Positions 63,932 to 64,000 of a stretch of 64,000 nucleotides of DNA are shown here, in pieces. Under the pieces are notes generated by a model. That model saw only the letters and a program-made list of their open reading frames with translations. It was not told where the DNA came from and did not search any database. The position numbers and the translations under genes were made by a program. This DNA comes from a virus: positions 26,616 to 90,615 of the IMG/VR virus record IMGVR_UViG_3300025645_004731. One strand, written 5' to 3'. Each line of letters starts with the position of its first letter. The stretch's first letter is position 1.

Positions 63932-64000
63932 AAGTACTTGTAATTTAGTTTATGCTATTTACTCTGGTAGTGCGTCTATCAAAGTTTTGAAATCAGCAAA

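Overview
This window is a 64-kb segment of a large lytic dsDNA phage genome (T4-superfamily, jumbo-myovirus-like gene content), almost entirely encoded on the minus strand, in genetic code 11. An aquatic Proteobacterial host is inferred from the auxiliary genes but is not proven. Layout: (1) 1-17 kb: metabolic/auxiliary and replication genes (M17 aminopeptidase, MazG, DUF59 Fe-S factor, MetK, lipase, an endonuclease+MTase pair, radical SAM, two cytidylyltransferases, sliding clamp, Smr, family-B DNA polymerase, Fpr, GH19 endolysin). (2) 18-34.6 kb: a late cluster of probable virion/head-internal proteins sharing an M-[KR]-[IL]-x-[ED]-[ILFV] leader and Glu-linker-delimited modules. (3) 34.7-49 kb: UvsE, holin-like, repeat fibre, ClpA, DnaJ, spanins, PhoH. 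(4) 49-64 kb: an early/accessory region built from gene cassettes, each headed by a ~60-bp promoter-leader repeat (15 copies in the window) with a palindromic spacer. It contains DNA ligase, an HD hydrolase, Dam, and a helicase + Mrr-like nuclease + split multi-specificity N6-adenine MTase locus that looks like a disassembled Type ISP restriction-modification system. Other notable items: an unannotated 54-aa metallothionein-like ORF, a nonsense-interrupted gene, and a structured 5' leader. No tRNA, rRNA or CRISPR array was seen. All calls rest on manual motif recognition; no database searches were run.
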